Source of the DNA: a virus
Direction: 5' to 3' (one strand)
DNA: 64,000 nt
Virus record (IMG/VR): IMGVR_UViG_3300026875_000002
The notes under the pieces were generated by a model, which was not told the DNA's origin, did not search any database, and saw nothing but the letters and a program-made list of their open reading frames with translations. Both the position numbers and the translations under genes were made by a program. This document shows, piece after piece, positions 1 to 10,410 of this stretch (its first letter is position 1; the number at the start of each line of letters is the position of its first letter).

Positions 1-203
1 GTGGGACAGATACTGTATACGCACTATTTCCAGGTACAGAAACAGAAGCAGAAACACAAACAACACCAGTAACACTGGAAATACTTGACCTAATCAAATC
101 TGAATTATCCCATGAGATATCTTCAGATAATCTCATAACATCAATTACTCCTATTAGGGAGAGTTTTCCCCATGGGGGCACAATAAGTGTCACATTCAAG
201 CCT

Positions 204-1337
204 GTGCCTCTATTTACAGTTATTCCCCCATTACAGGATAATTTCAAAGTGGGAGAATCTATAGTAATAAAAGCAAATGTTTCCCTCGAATACAAACCAG
301 CAGTAGATATCCCTGTGATATTAAGAGTAAGTATAACAAAAGAGGATGGTACAGTACAAGACTATGAGTCAATACAAACAATGAAAACAGACTCTGTGGG
401 GGACATAACATGTACTACTGCTCAGGATGTATCAGGTGAATGTAGCTACACACTCTTCATTGAGGGTACAGATGATTATGAACAATGTGTATCAGATGAA
501 ATAATCCTTGATGTAACAAGAATACAAACCACAATATCCTCAACAGTAACAAATAACCAAGCTGGAAGTAGTAGTATAGATGTAACACTCATTGACGAAG
601 ATAACAATGGGGTTGTTGACGTAAATATAATTGTAACACTTACTGATGGGTCAACAAGGTCTGGTACAACAGACAGTTCGGGAAACGTGAATATACCATT
701 AACATCACTCCAAGTAGGGTCCCATACGTTAACAGTATCATTCCCAGGAAATAATAAGTACGAACCTGCAAGTACAACATGTACTATAGATATCGCCCCA
801 AACATAGATTTCTATAATAGTGCGAATTGGGGAGGAAACCCTGTAATAGATGTTACTAACCAAAAAATAACAATGACTGGTGCAAACATCACATATTATG
901 AGGGAGCTTCTGTAAAGGACTTGCTTAGTGACACTGCTATTAGTCTTACATATTTCCATAATGGCCGGGATGGACGGAAAGCATTAGGAGTTTATAATCC
1001 TGAACTAAGTTCATGGATAGGTTACTGTACCCCCAGCCCGAACGGTAGTGAAGGACATGGAGTAAATGAGGAAAAAGGTTACACGCATAACATATCTACA
1101 GATGTAACAAACGCAGCCTCATGGATGCGGGATGGACAGGAAAGTCCACTCGTGATAGGCTATAATGAGGTTGAGGACAATATTTCACTTCAGTATACAA
1201 GTCAAGATGGAACAGAAAATGTGACTGTAACCATCCCTCTTGAGGGAGTGGATCTTAGTAAATATTACCTCGCATTCTATGATTACCGCGGAATGGGAAT
1301 GTATGTGAAAAATATAACACTCATGGAGGACATGTAA
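204..1337 (+). CDS. 3' fragment of Ig-like adhesin/tail protein (full gene at 56257..59094)
   Basis: Identical to the C-terminal 377 aa of the 945-aa ORF; truncated by the window start. Confidence 0.85.
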   Translation: MPLFTVIPPLQDNFKVGESIVIKANVSLEYKPAVDIPVILRVSITKEDGTVQDYESIQTMKTDSVGDITCTTAQDVSGECSYTLFIEGTDDYEQCVSDEIILDVTRIQTTISSTVTNNQAGSSSIDVTLIDEDNNGVVDVNIIVTLTDGSTRSGTTDSSGNVNIPLTSLQVGSHTLTVSFPGNNKYEPASTTCTIDIAPNIDFYNSANWGGNPVIDVTNQKITMTGANITYYEGASVKDLLSDTAISLTYFHNGRDGRKALGVYNPELSSWIGYCTPSPNGSEGHGVNEEKGYTHNISTDVTNAASWMRDGQESPLVIGYNEVEDNISLQYTSQDGTENVTVTIPLEGVDLSKYYLAFYDYRGMGMYVKNITLMEDM

Positions 1338-1380
1338 TAATGAATAATATATACATAGCAACAGTTACAGGAGGAATAAT

Positions 1381-2100
1381 ATGACTATTAAAAATAAAAC
1401 ACTACCTGTAACAGAGGAAAAATGTATTTTTCCCCTCACAAATCTCCGGGGGGAGTATGTATGCACAATTGAATACTCTGGTGATTCACATTATATGGGT
1501 GCTACAGAAGATAATTATCATTTGAAATTAACCCCTACCACAAAAACAGTCAACATGAATGATAATGGGGAATGGGATATCCAGTATTGCGCAGATGCAA
1601 CAAACCCTGTTGACCCTACATTTGGTAGTACAATCAAGAGTGGAGTATTTTCAGAGGTGATTCATAAAATAAGAACACGCGTGAATTCAAGGTATGTTTG
1701 TGAAATAACAGTAAACCAAGAGGGATCGAATCAAGGATTTATTCTTGGTTTTTTTGGTTCAAAACAGGTTGATGATAATATAATCTGGACATACACATGG
1801 GGTATTGAATCAGACGAACTTGGAACTCACTTTACAAGTAATGAATCTCAGGAGAGCATACATGATATTGAAGAATTATTCCCTCAGGGTGTACAAACAA
1901 GAGTGATATTTGATATTCTTGCAGTGAATGAGGGGGATGATTGTTATGTGTCAATCAGTATTGGAAACACTACTTTTGAAAATATTGTACAGTTTGATGA
2001 ACCAGAGGACCTCCGGTTTGGTTTCATGTCAACAGCACCTGAAGACAAACAGTTAGTAATTCACTCTCTGAAATATACTGAGTGGGATGCGGAAGAATAA
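1381..2100 (+). CDS. Tail-associated beta-sandwich protein (Ig fragment plus lectin-like domain)
   Basis: Ig-type motif IEYSGDSHY followed by a beta-rich domain; lies among baseplate genes; GGAGG SD upstream. Confidence 0.45.
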   Translation: MTIKNKTLPVTEEKCIFPLTNLRGEYVCTIEYSGDSHYMGATEDNYHLKLTPTTKTVNMNDNGEWDIQYCADATNPVDPTFGSTIKSGVFSEVIHKIRTRVNSRYVCEITVNQEGSNQGFILGFFGSKQVDDNIIWTYTWGIESDELGTHFTSNESQESIHDIEELFPQGVQTRVIFDILAVNEGDDCYVSISIGNTTFENIVQFDEPEDLRFGFMSTAPEDKQLVIHSLKYTEWDAEE

Positions 2101-3520
2101 TAAAAAAAAACAAAAAGGTAAAGGAATGATAATATTGGTTGATGAAATAATAACAAATTTTGACGGGTCAACAATAAACCGGTCAAATAAATTACAGGAA
2201 CTCATAAATTACTACAATGAAGCATATGGAACTAACCTCTCAGACATATGTGACCTCAGTGAAGGTAGTGAGATAAGAACATTTCTAGAAAGTTTTATCG
2301 TGGAAAGTATGGATATTGAACGTCAAATGTATGCATTATTCGAGCAGACGTTCACAAAATACGCAACAGGATACTTCCTAGACCTCAAAGCATGTGAACA
2401 AAAAATAAGTAGAAAACAAGGAAATGTTGCAACAGGGACGGTAACATTCACCTTATCTGAAACACAAACTGAAGACTATACTATACCCCAAGGGACTGTG
2501 ATTCTTCATAGGCAAACGGGTAATGAATATATTTTGAGTAGTGATGTAACAATACAAAAGGACACCTATAGTGCGGATGGTATTGTGTACAGTAGACTAC
2601 TTGGTAGTGAATATAATGCTGAACCTGATACTTTAACCGCTTTTGAAGATATAATCAGCGTACCAAGTAACCTTGAAGTAACCAATAATGCTGCGATTAC
2701 TGAGGGAGAATCAGTAGAAACCGATGACAGTCTACGTGAACGTATATACAACGCACGTCGTGAAAGGGCGAATGGTACTATCACTGCATATACTAATATG
2801 CTTCTCGCACTCGAGGGGGTACATGATGTATCATTTGTAAACCCCTCAAGGATGACTAATCATTACAAAACAGTGGTTAACGCTGATGGTACAACTAGTA
2901 ATGTTCATTGTACTGATTGTACGAGGGTTATTCTTGTGAATGATGAGAATAGTAAGCCTTGTCGACAGAGTGTACTTGAAAATGTTGAAAACGTCATGAC
3001 GAATCAGGACAATATTATTATAGGGCATATGTTTCATGTTCAACCTGCGACAGTTGCAAGTAGGTGTTTTGATGTAACATTGTATTATTCGGATAGTCGT
3101 GTGTATGAGAAGGATGTTGTTGACGCAATCACATCATACTTTGATGGAGGGGTTGTAGGAACACGAAATTTCACGGGACTTAATATAGGGGAAGATATCA
3201 GAAAAAGTAAAATGATTACCGCAATTGAAGAGGTGCCAGGCGTGGATCAGGTGGAATCTATAGTGCTCACAAGATATAACAAGGATCTTCCAACAAATAT
3301 CAAATACTGGACAAAAAATAGTGCAACTGATTATAGCTACCAAGATACTGATGGATTTGTATACCATAGAGGAACCTCCCAGAGCAGTATCAACAGGTGG
3401 GGGTCACGTAATTTTAACACAATCCCTGTGTATGATTGGCAAATTGCCAGTTTTATTTCAAAAACTAGGCTGGACCCTGAGGCTACGAATGATATTGGAT
3501 TAACTCAATACCCCGCATGA
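2087..3520 (+). CDS. Baseplate J-like wedge protein (likely start ATG 2126)
   Basis: ATGYFLD...RKQG..ATGTVTF, IPQGT, G...ETDDSLRERI and GT..AY motifs of the Baseplate_J family. Confidence 0.85.
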   Translation: MRKNNKKKQKGKGMIILVDEIITNFDGSTINRSNKLQELINYYNEAYGTNLSDICDLSEGSEIRTFLESFIVESMDIERQMYALFEQTFTKYATGYFLDLKACEQKISRKQGNVATGTVTFTLSETQTEDYTIPQGTVILHRQTGNEYILSSDVTIQKDTYSADGIVYSRLLGSEYNAEPDTLTAFEDIISVPSNLEVTNNAAITEGESVETDDSLRERIYNARRERANGTITAYTNMLLALEGVHDVSFVNPSRMTNHYKTVVNADGTTSNVHCTDCTRVILVNDENSKPCRQSVLENVENVMTNQDNIIIGHMFHVQPATVASRCFDVTLYYSDSRVYEKDVVDAITSYFDGGVVGTRNFTGLNIGEDIRKSKMITAIEEVPGVDQVESIVLTRYNKDLPTNIKYWTKNSATDYSYQDTDGFVYHRGTSQSSINRWGSRNFNTIPVYDWQIASFISKTRLDPEATNDIGLTQYPA

Positions 3521-3531
3521 GGTGACAAAGT

Positions 3532-4014
3532 ATGACAAATAGATGGACTCCTATAGAGAATAGACTACATGAAGAAAGTGCATTACACTACCCAGATAAC
3601 ACGATGCGGCGAATACTCGAACCACTCTTAAATGGTCTGTTTGACGCGATAGAAGAGGAAATGAATGATATTATCTATGAATGTTTCCTCCTCACCAGCA
3701 CTGGACAGTACCTAGATTTTTTCGGCGTGGAAATAGGACTTACACGTGAAAATGATGAAAGTGATAATGAGTATAGACAAAGATTGTTCAATGCACTTTC
3801 AGAGTACTTGAGTGTCAGTTTTGTGAAACTTCAAGGAATAATACTATACGCAAAAGAAGAATTGTACAATGATATCCGGATAAATATGACTAGTCAAAAT
3901 CCCTATATGAGCAATATTTATGCAGGGATACCTCGAAATGATGTAAGTAGCAGATTCTTGTTATACGATATGATTTATGAGTATACTGTCTGTCATTATG
4001 TGAAGGGGTGGTAA
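3532..4014 (+). CDS. Baseplate wedge protein (P2 gpI / Mu gp48-like)
   Basis: TGQYLDFFG..GL.R...ESDNEYRQR motif, directly after the J-like gene. Confidence 0.7.
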   Translation: MTNRWTPIENRLHEESALHYPDNTMRRILEPLLNGLFDAIEEEMNDIIYECFLLTSTGQYLDFFGVEIGLTRENDESDNEYRQRLFNALSEYLSVSFVKLQGIILYAKEELYNDIRINMTSQNPYMSNIYAGIPRNDVSSRFLLYDMIYEYTVCHYVKGW

Positions 4015-4017
4015 TTT

Positions 4018-6243
4018 TTGATGCCTAGTTACCATCATCTTCTTGAAGCCGATTTTGCACAAATAGAACACATCAACCAGATTATACACAATAATATCAT
4101 TCATGATAGCTGGGAATGCTTTGACACAGCATTATTACTTGAACAACACCCCCAGTATGGGGTGTATAATTCTACAAATCCTCGGAGTAGTAAAATCACA
4201 AAGAATGTTACAGATGTACGATACAATAGTTTTCTGGTGAATATTGATACTATTTCTTATGCAGATTACAAGGCATATATGTATACTTTTGAAGTAAGGA
4301 ACGTCCTGTGGGATGGTGCGTACAAAATTACGCGGAGCAAAAATAATAATAATGACCCTGACATAACACATAAAGGGGTTGTACAAGTAACAAAAGGCAC
4401 TGATGACAATACAATCAATATTTATGTTGAGGGTGAGGGATGTGAGGATATTCGTGTTTGTTTCCATATGAGTCAGGCGGGAACGGGCAGAAATATCAGT
4501 ACAAGCAGTATTATCATACAGAACGATGACTTGTATGAAGAACAATATGACAAAAGCTTCAATCACACTGGTAAAGTTGTAGATGCACTAGGAAAACCCC
4601 TGTCAAATGTGGAACTAACATTATCAGCGTGTACTAGTGAGGGGCTTGACACCGAAGGAGGGATTCCTTCATGTGTTGGGAAAAGGAGTGATAAAAATGG
4701 AAATTACACACTCACATATGGAGCTACGGACAGACCTGGTTTGTACTATGCCAAAATCACTGCAAAGCAGGGGCTGTTCGAAGTATCAAAAGTAATTCAA
4801 GTGAACAAAATACAGGAAAACAAAAGAGGTGTAATATGGGGTGATGAAAAACAGTACACTGGGGTGTGGAAAGGAAGTATTAAAGAGTTTAAGATACACA
4901 TCGCGGTGTACAACAAGTATAACATACATGACCCTGATTTGGATAAACAACTTATAGGTAGTAGAGTGAATGTGACTATGATTAATCCTCACACAAAGGA
5001 ACAGGTATCACAAACATGCACGATTCAACAGGATGGCTATATAACCCCTCGTGTGAATTACAGGAGATATTATGAGGATAAAAGTATCCTCCGTGTGAGT
5101 CTTGAAGCAAATACAGCGTTTGGTACGGTAATCAGCGAACGAGAGGTAACTCATGAGTATGCAAAAGCAACCAGTTGGGTAAACTTGAACACAATGATTT
5201 CAAGTGATGATGGTCCTGATTGGGTTATGGTCCCTGCAAGTACTATCTCACCAAATGAGGATATTCAAACAATAACTATTGCACGGGATATCACCATTTG
5301 TGGAACAAAAGGAACAAATGCCTGCAAAATTGACGGACTGGATAAATACAATCCATTCGTAGTTTCAAATAGTAGTCCTGCTACTGATAATAGTATAAAA
5401 TTCAGACTTATTGGCGTATCTATTTATAATTGTACCCCCGCAATTCTAGTGAACGAGGGTAGTGCATTGTACATTGATAAATGTGTGTTCAGAGGTAATT
5501 CTCATCCTGCACATCATCACAAAGGCTGTTGTATATACACGCGTAATACTGATTTCACAAATAAACAGCATAACCTTTTCCAAACTCACGTCACAAACAG
5601 TACTTTTTACAACAATGTAGGAAATGAGATACAAAGTATAGGGGAATCTCATCTCGATCATAACTTATTCAGGACAGATAATAGTAAATATCTCATGCAA
5701 CCCGAACCAAAAGTTGTTAGTGTGGTGGCGGGGGAGGTAACATACAAGTATAACAAGTCACACATCAAAATCACAGATAAAGAAATGACAAGTAATCATT
5801 CCTATGCAAAAGCATTGGCGTACGTATACCGTGGAGCAAAATTTAATGGAAGAGGTCCAAATCAGTTGTATGGAGATATGACCTTGCCTCTTTATGATGA
5901 TCCTTGGTATAACCAGGCGTATACTTACGCCATATATTACTATCCTTACCTCCACAGGCCAACAAAAATTGTATGTAGCCCTCGGAAAGGTTTTGAACGG
6001 AAATCGACGGGGCACGGGAGTAGTTCGAAACGATGGATTTTCTACGATGGATACTATTTTATACGAAGAGAACAGGGAAAAGGAAACAAGAATGATCCTT
6101 GGACTAGCACAGAACTAGCAATCCCTGTGAATACAGGGATATATGATTCATATTATGATGAATTCACACAAAAAGAATACGACCCAAGATTAAGCAGTTA
6201 TAAAACCCGAAAAGAAACAAAATTCATGCCGGACACATGGTGA
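4018..6243 (+). CDS. Tail fibre/adhesin-like protein with Ig domain and right-handed beta-helix
   Basis: Ig-like GKVVDALGKPLSNV; pectin-lyase-like repeats (ITICG...IDG, CVFRGN, STFYNN). Confidence 0.65.
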   Translation: MMPSYHHLLEADFAQIEHINQIIHNNIIHDSWECFDTALLLEQHPQYGVYNSTNPRSSKITKNVTDVRYNSFLVNIDTISYADYKAYMYTFEVRNVLWDGAYKITRSKNNNNDPDITHKGVVQVTKGTDDNTINIYVEGEGCEDIRVCFHMSQAGTGRNISTSSIIIQNDDLYEEQYDKSFNHTGKVVDALGKPLSNVELTLSACTSEGLDTEGGIPSCVGKRSDKNGNYTLTYGATDRPGLYYAKITAKQGLFEVSKVIQVNKIQENKRGVIWGDEKQYTGVWKGSIKEFKIHIAVYNKYNIHDPDLDKQLIGSRVNVTMINPHTKEQVSQTCTIQQDGYITPRVNYRRYYEDKSILRVSLEANTAFGTVISEREVTHEYAKATSWVNLNTMISSDDGPDWVMVPASTISPNEDIQTITIARDITICGTKGTNACKIDGLDKYNPFVVSNSSPATDNSIKFRLIGVSIYNCTPAILVNEGSALYIDKCVFRGNSHPAHHHKGCCIYTRNTDFTNKQHNLFQTHVTNSTFYNNVGNEIQSIGESHLDHNLFRTDNSKYLMQPEPKVVSVVAGEVTYKYNKSHIKITDKEMTSNHSYAKALAYVYRGAKFNGRGPNQLYGDMTLPLYDDPWYNQAYTYAIYYYPYLHRPTKIVCSPRKGFERKSTGHGSSSKRWIFYDGYYFIRREQGKGNKNDPWTSTELAIPVNTGIYDSYYDEFTQKEYDPRLSSYKTRKETKFMPDTW

Positions 6244-6250
6244 TAATAAT

Positions 6251-6589
6251 ATGTATTTTAGAAACAAATTTAATGAAGAATTTCTTCAATTATGTAATTT
6301 AATCCCTAAAGGTGCTTCAACAAGAATAGGGAACTATTCCTCCCTTTTTTTTGAATTCAGAAAGAATCCTCACACAAACAGAGTATTAGTGCTTCCCCTC
6401 ATTATGTGTAATCGTATCAAAAGTACGAATAGTCATGATGTTAATTTACAGGATTACGCGATGCTTTGTGAGGATAAGCAGGATACAATAATAACAGCGT
6501 ATTATGATGAAGATTATGTTCAAAATACGAGAGAACAGTATATCTGTGAAATAGCTAGTAATAGTGGAGATTTTATTAGTGAGGAGTAA
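6251..6589 (+). CDS. Hypothetical tail-region protein
   Basis: 112-aa ORF tightly packed in the tail operon. Confidence 0.55.
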   Translation: MYFRNKFNEEFLQLCNLIPKGASTRIGNYSSLFFEFRKNPHTNRVLVLPLIMCNRIKSTNSHDVNLQDYAMLCEDKQDTIITAYYDEDYVQNTREQYICEIASNSGDFISEE

Positions 6590-6592
6590 GTT

Positions 6593-9052
6593 ATGAAATT
6601 GAAACCAAAAAGATTGGGTGATGAATTTACACTTGATGAATACAATGCATGTCAATACTTATTGTACAAAGTACCTTTTGCTGAATCAATACGTTTACAA
6701 GGTGCAGACGCGTATACTGGTAAATTTGCTACATATCTTCTTGATGAATCAAGGAATACAAGTGTGGGTATAGATAAATATGATACTTTTGAAATATTAA
6801 AAGACCTTACACATAATACACAGTACATATACATTACGCTTAGCAACCTTATTAATCAGAATCTTCAGTATACGGCAACAATATATTATCAAACACCTGA
6901 AGTTATAACAGTAGTGGATCAAACAAATGAACAGTATTCCGTAAATCCGCAAGATGCAAAAGATGTGAAAATGGTTACACAGGTAGCAAGTGAGGATGTA
7001 CGAAGAGATTATCAAAGTATCACAGTACAATGTACACAAGAAGGAAATACACTCAAAATACCATTATACATAGAAGGGGAAGATGGAACAAAACAGGGAA
7101 TTTATAGAGAAAATACAGTATTCAGTAGATTAATAGATTTCACACTCACCCTGAGTGACAAACCATATATTGATGTGAATAATGGAAAAGCAAATCAAAT
7201 CGATGAAATACTCCTTGATAATGTACAAGAATTCCAGAAAATAGTCCCTTACACACCTCGAGATAATGTAAAAATAATATACAGACTTGATTCAAACTAC
7301 GATTACAAACTAACAAAAACATTCACAATACAAGAAAATATGAATGTAGAAATAAGGGGAGGAACAAACAAAAAATCAAAAATAATAGGAACAAACACTG
7401 GGAGATTATTTATAATAAAACCAGGAGGAACACTTACACTCCAAAACATACATTGTTATGATGCAACAGCAAACAATACAAGTTATGCGAAAGGATGTGG
7501 AGGAGCAATACTTATAGAAACAAATGAAGAATCATATGGTACACTCACATGTAATGATTCAATATTTGAAAAATGTACAGCAGAACTTGGAGGAGCAATC
7601 TATAGTCCTAATGCAAAATTGGCACTTGAGCGATGTACCTTCCAAAATTGTAGTGTACAAGGTGATGGGGGAGCAGTATTCTATCAAGCAAAACGTGTAA
7701 AAATAGCATTTCCTGATATTATAACAAAACCAGGACAGACAATAACACTAAAAGTTAATGTGACAGATATGGATGGAGAAAAAATTGATACAGGCACAAT
7801 ACAATTCATACTTAACTCAAAAGAATTAGATGAAGTTGATATACATGATGGAGTGGCACAAGTACAATATAAAGTACCAAGTGATTTTAAACAAACATCC
7901 TTCAATGTAATAGCATATCTTCAAGGAACAAGTACAACAAGTAGAGAGTCCGTCCAGAATACAGTGTTTGTTCAACAACCACCAAAACTAACATTTAAAT
8001 GTAACACTAGTCTGAAAGGATATCCTGGCGATAAAATAAGAGTAACTGTTGAAGCATATGAAAAAAATACATTAACAACAGAATGTCCAGGGGTATTCAC
8101 AGTATTTAATAAAACATATAATGCAAACATAGATGCATCTACAAATAAATATTACCTCGATGTAACAATCCCTTCAACAAATACAGCAAAATCATACTCC
8201 ATACAATTCACATGCAAAGATGCAGAATGTACACCACTAAAAGGAACAATAACTGTTCTTGCAACACAAACAAGTGGAATATCTGCAGTATATGTAAATA
8301 ACACGCCATCTGACCTTACAATCTCACAAAAATTAATAAACACCTGGGTAAACAAAGGAATAACAGATGCATATGTACGATGTAGTGATTATACAGGAAA
8401 TAATTTCATTGACAAAGTACTACAATACACGAAAAATACAAAAATAAGAGTACATGCTACATTAAACTGTTTCCATGATGAAAATGGTTTCATTAATCCT
8501 GAAAATACAAATAATATAAATTCTATTAAAAAGGATATTAAAGCAATACATGATAATACAAATATAGCCGGTTTCCACCTTGATTATATAAGGTATGCAA
8601 CTGCGAACTCTGATGAAAATAAACATAAAGTAATAACAAAACAAGTGAAAGCATTATCAGATTATATTTATTCACTCAATACAAAGTATATTGTTTCAGG
8701 TACCGTTATGCCTGAAGGCGCAACAAATAGTCCAGTATACGGCCAAAATTTCAAAGAACTTGGAAGTATTCTAGATTATATATGCCTAATGGCATATAAA
8801 GGAAACTATAAGACAAATGATACCTGGATAGGACAACAAGTAAAATATGCAAAAGATAATGGCAGTAAAGTAGTATGTGCACTTCAAACATACAATAGTG
8901 ATAATGATTCTACTAGACGAACTGTTGCAGATATGGAAGCAAGTATCAAAGTAGCAATCAAAAATGGAGCAATAGGATATGCATTATTCCGCGAAGGAAG
9001 ACTACCAAATTATCCACGAACATATGATACAATTAAAAAGGAGACACAATAA
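6593..9052 (+). CDS. Adhesin-like tail protein: beta-helix, Ig domains and C-terminal TIM-barrel glycoside-hydrolase-like domain
   Basis: GGAI repeats; Ig motif VTD.DGE.I..G.IQF; C-terminal IRVHA...GFHLDYIRY...VMPE...YGQN...DYICLMAY. Confidence 0.72.
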   Translation: MKLKPKRLGDEFTLDEYNACQYLLYKVPFAESIRLQGADAYTGKFATYLLDESRNTSVGIDKYDTFEILKDLTHNTQYIYITLSNLINQNLQYTATIYYQTPEVITVVDQTNEQYSVNPQDAKDVKMVTQVASEDVRRDYQSITVQCTQEGNTLKIPLYIEGEDGTKQGIYRENTVFSRLIDFTLTLSDKPYIDVNNGKANQIDEILLDNVQEFQKIVPYTPRDNVKIIYRLDSNYDYKLTKTFTIQENMNVEIRGGTNKKSKIIGTNTGRLFIIKPGGTLTLQNIHCYDATANNTSYAKGCGGAILIETNEESYGTLTCNDSIFEKCTAELGGAIYSPNAKLALERCTFQNCSVQGDGGAVFYQAKRVKIAFPDIITKPGQTITLKVNVTDMDGEKIDTGTIQFILNSKELDEVDIHDGVAQVQYKVPSDFKQTSFNVIAYLQGTSTTSRESVQNTVFVQQPPKLTFKCNTSLKGYPGDKIRVTVEAYEKNTLTTECPGVFTVFNKTYNANIDASTNKYYLDVTIPSTNTAKSYSIQFTCKDAECTPLKGTITVLATQTSGISAVYVNNTPSDLTISQKLINTWVNKGITDAYVRCSDYTGNNFIDKVLQYTKNTKIRVHATLNCFHDENGFINPENTNNINSIKKDIKAIHDNTNIAGFHLDYIRYATANSDENKHKVITKQVKALSDYIYSLNTKYIVSGTVMPEGATNSPVYGQNFKELGSILDYICLMAYKGNYKTNDTWIGQQVKYAKDNGSKVVCALQTYNSDNDSTRRTVADMEASIKVAIKNGAIGYALFREGRLPNYPRTYDTIKKETQ

Positions 9053-10236
9053 TGGTTAATACTGGATGGAAAACACCAAATACAGTAGTACAGGATGCAA
9101 GATGGAAAGTAGTCAATGGTGGAACAGCAAATAAATGGGTGGATCTACGAAGACTGACAGAAAGAACACAAAATCTAAAACACTACGCAGAAATAGGACG
9201 ATACGGAACAGCAGCAGCAAGAGCAAGTCCTGTACTATACCTCTCGAATTACGGATTTAACATACCCGGGAATGCAACAATAACAAAAGTTACAATAGAA
9301 TGTACAGTAAAAGAAGGAAAAACAAATGAAGGAATCAAAACAAAAACATTAAAACTCAAAACAGGACCAAGTACAACGGATTGGGGAGTAGGAAAAAATA
9401 AAGCAAAAAGTGACCGATGGACTTGTAGAAGTAATCCATGGACTGTTCAGACTTATAGTTTTTCTCCCCAGGACTGGGGGGTTCCTCTTTCTCCTCAAGT
9501 TGTGAATAATAGTAATTTTGGTGCTGTTTTTCAGTGTGTAGGGCTAGATAATTACACTGTTAGTCATGGTACTTGGGGTATTTATTCACGAAATTATAAT
9601 CATTGGAGTTTGCCTCTTGTTAATCGTATTCGTATGAATGTTGAGTATAGTGTTCCTCATAGTGTTACTAGTGCTGAAAGAGGTAAATTTGGTCTTACTC
9701 CTGCGCCTTATTTGAGTAGTAATTCTTTGAATATTAGTAATCCGAATACTCCTATTATTCTGACTATTTCTTATAAGCATATACTTGGAGAAAATGGTAA
9801 GTATAATAGTGGTGAAACACCTGTTACGAAGGTTACTAGTTCTACATTGAAGATTGGGGGTAGTAAACTTTCTTCATATACGGTTCCTACAATTAAGGTA
9901 CCTACTGAGACGGAGAGTAGTACGTATACTACTACTGTTAAGATTTATCCTAGTCTTACTACTGGGGAGCATACTATTATTGTTACTGCTAATGGTGAAT
10001 CTTATACTTTGAAGATTCAGGTTAATAGTGGTAATGGTATTGATGTGAATTATGGTGAGGATGGTCGTGGTTTAATGATTCATGGTTGTATTTTTAAGGA
10101 GGATCATGCTGATAATACTGGTGGGGCTATGCTTGTTGATGGTAAGAATGTGTCTATTAGGGAGTGTAAGTACATTAGTAATAGTGCTACTGTTAAGTGT
10201 CCTAATGCTATACTTAATGGTGAATGTAAATCTTAA
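9052..10236 (+). CDS. Tail fibre/adhesin-like protein with short terminal beta-helix
   Basis: Last gene of the late operon (overlapping TAATG junction); beta-rich; GCIF..D.A.NTGGAM motif. Confidence 0.55.
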   Translation: MVNTGWKTPNTVVQDARWKVVNGGTANKWVDLRRLTERTQNLKHYAEIGRYGTAAARASPVLYLSNYGFNIPGNATITKVTIECTVKEGKTNEGIKTKTLKLKTGPSTTDWGVGKNKAKSDRWTCRSNPWTVQTYSFSPQDWGVPLSPQVVNNSNFGAVFQCVGLDNYTVSHGTWGIYSRNYNHWSLPLVNRIRMNVEYSVPHSVTSAERGKFGLTPAPYLSSNSLNISNPNTPIILTISYKHILGENGKYNSGETPVTKVTSSTLKIGGSKLSSYTVPTIKVPTETESSTYTTTVKIYPSLTTGEHTIIVTANGESYTLKIQVNSGNGIDVNYGEDGRGLMIHGCIFKEDHADNTGGAMLVDGKNVSIRECKYISNSATVKCPNAILNGECKS

Positions 10237-10316
10237 ATATTTTAATGTATACATGTAACATTCTGTTTTAAAATTAGGTATAAAAAAGTATTACTTTTAA
10301 TTAAAAAAGTATATCA

Positions 10317-10339
10317 AAATGAAGGTAAACCCTTCATTT
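10317..10339. other. Inverted repeat upstream of integrase (candidate attP core or operator)
   Basis: aaatgaagg-taaac-ccttcattt, perfect 9-bp arms. Confidence 0.35.
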
Positions 10340-10410
10340 CTATAAAGAGATTAGTTTAATTATTACTCAAAAATGTAAGCTTTTATACTATTTTTTACAT
10401 ATACACTACT

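Larger units (their letters stand above)
1..6243. repeat. Copy 1 of 6,243-bp direct repeat (circular wrap-around)
   Basis: gtgggacagatactg at position 1 recurs at 57758; all ORF translations are identical with offset 57,757. Confidence 0.97.

Noticed and set aside
6627-6637. ORB-like TTACACTTGA inside a tail gene
   Set aside because: Single partial match in coding sequence; likely chance.
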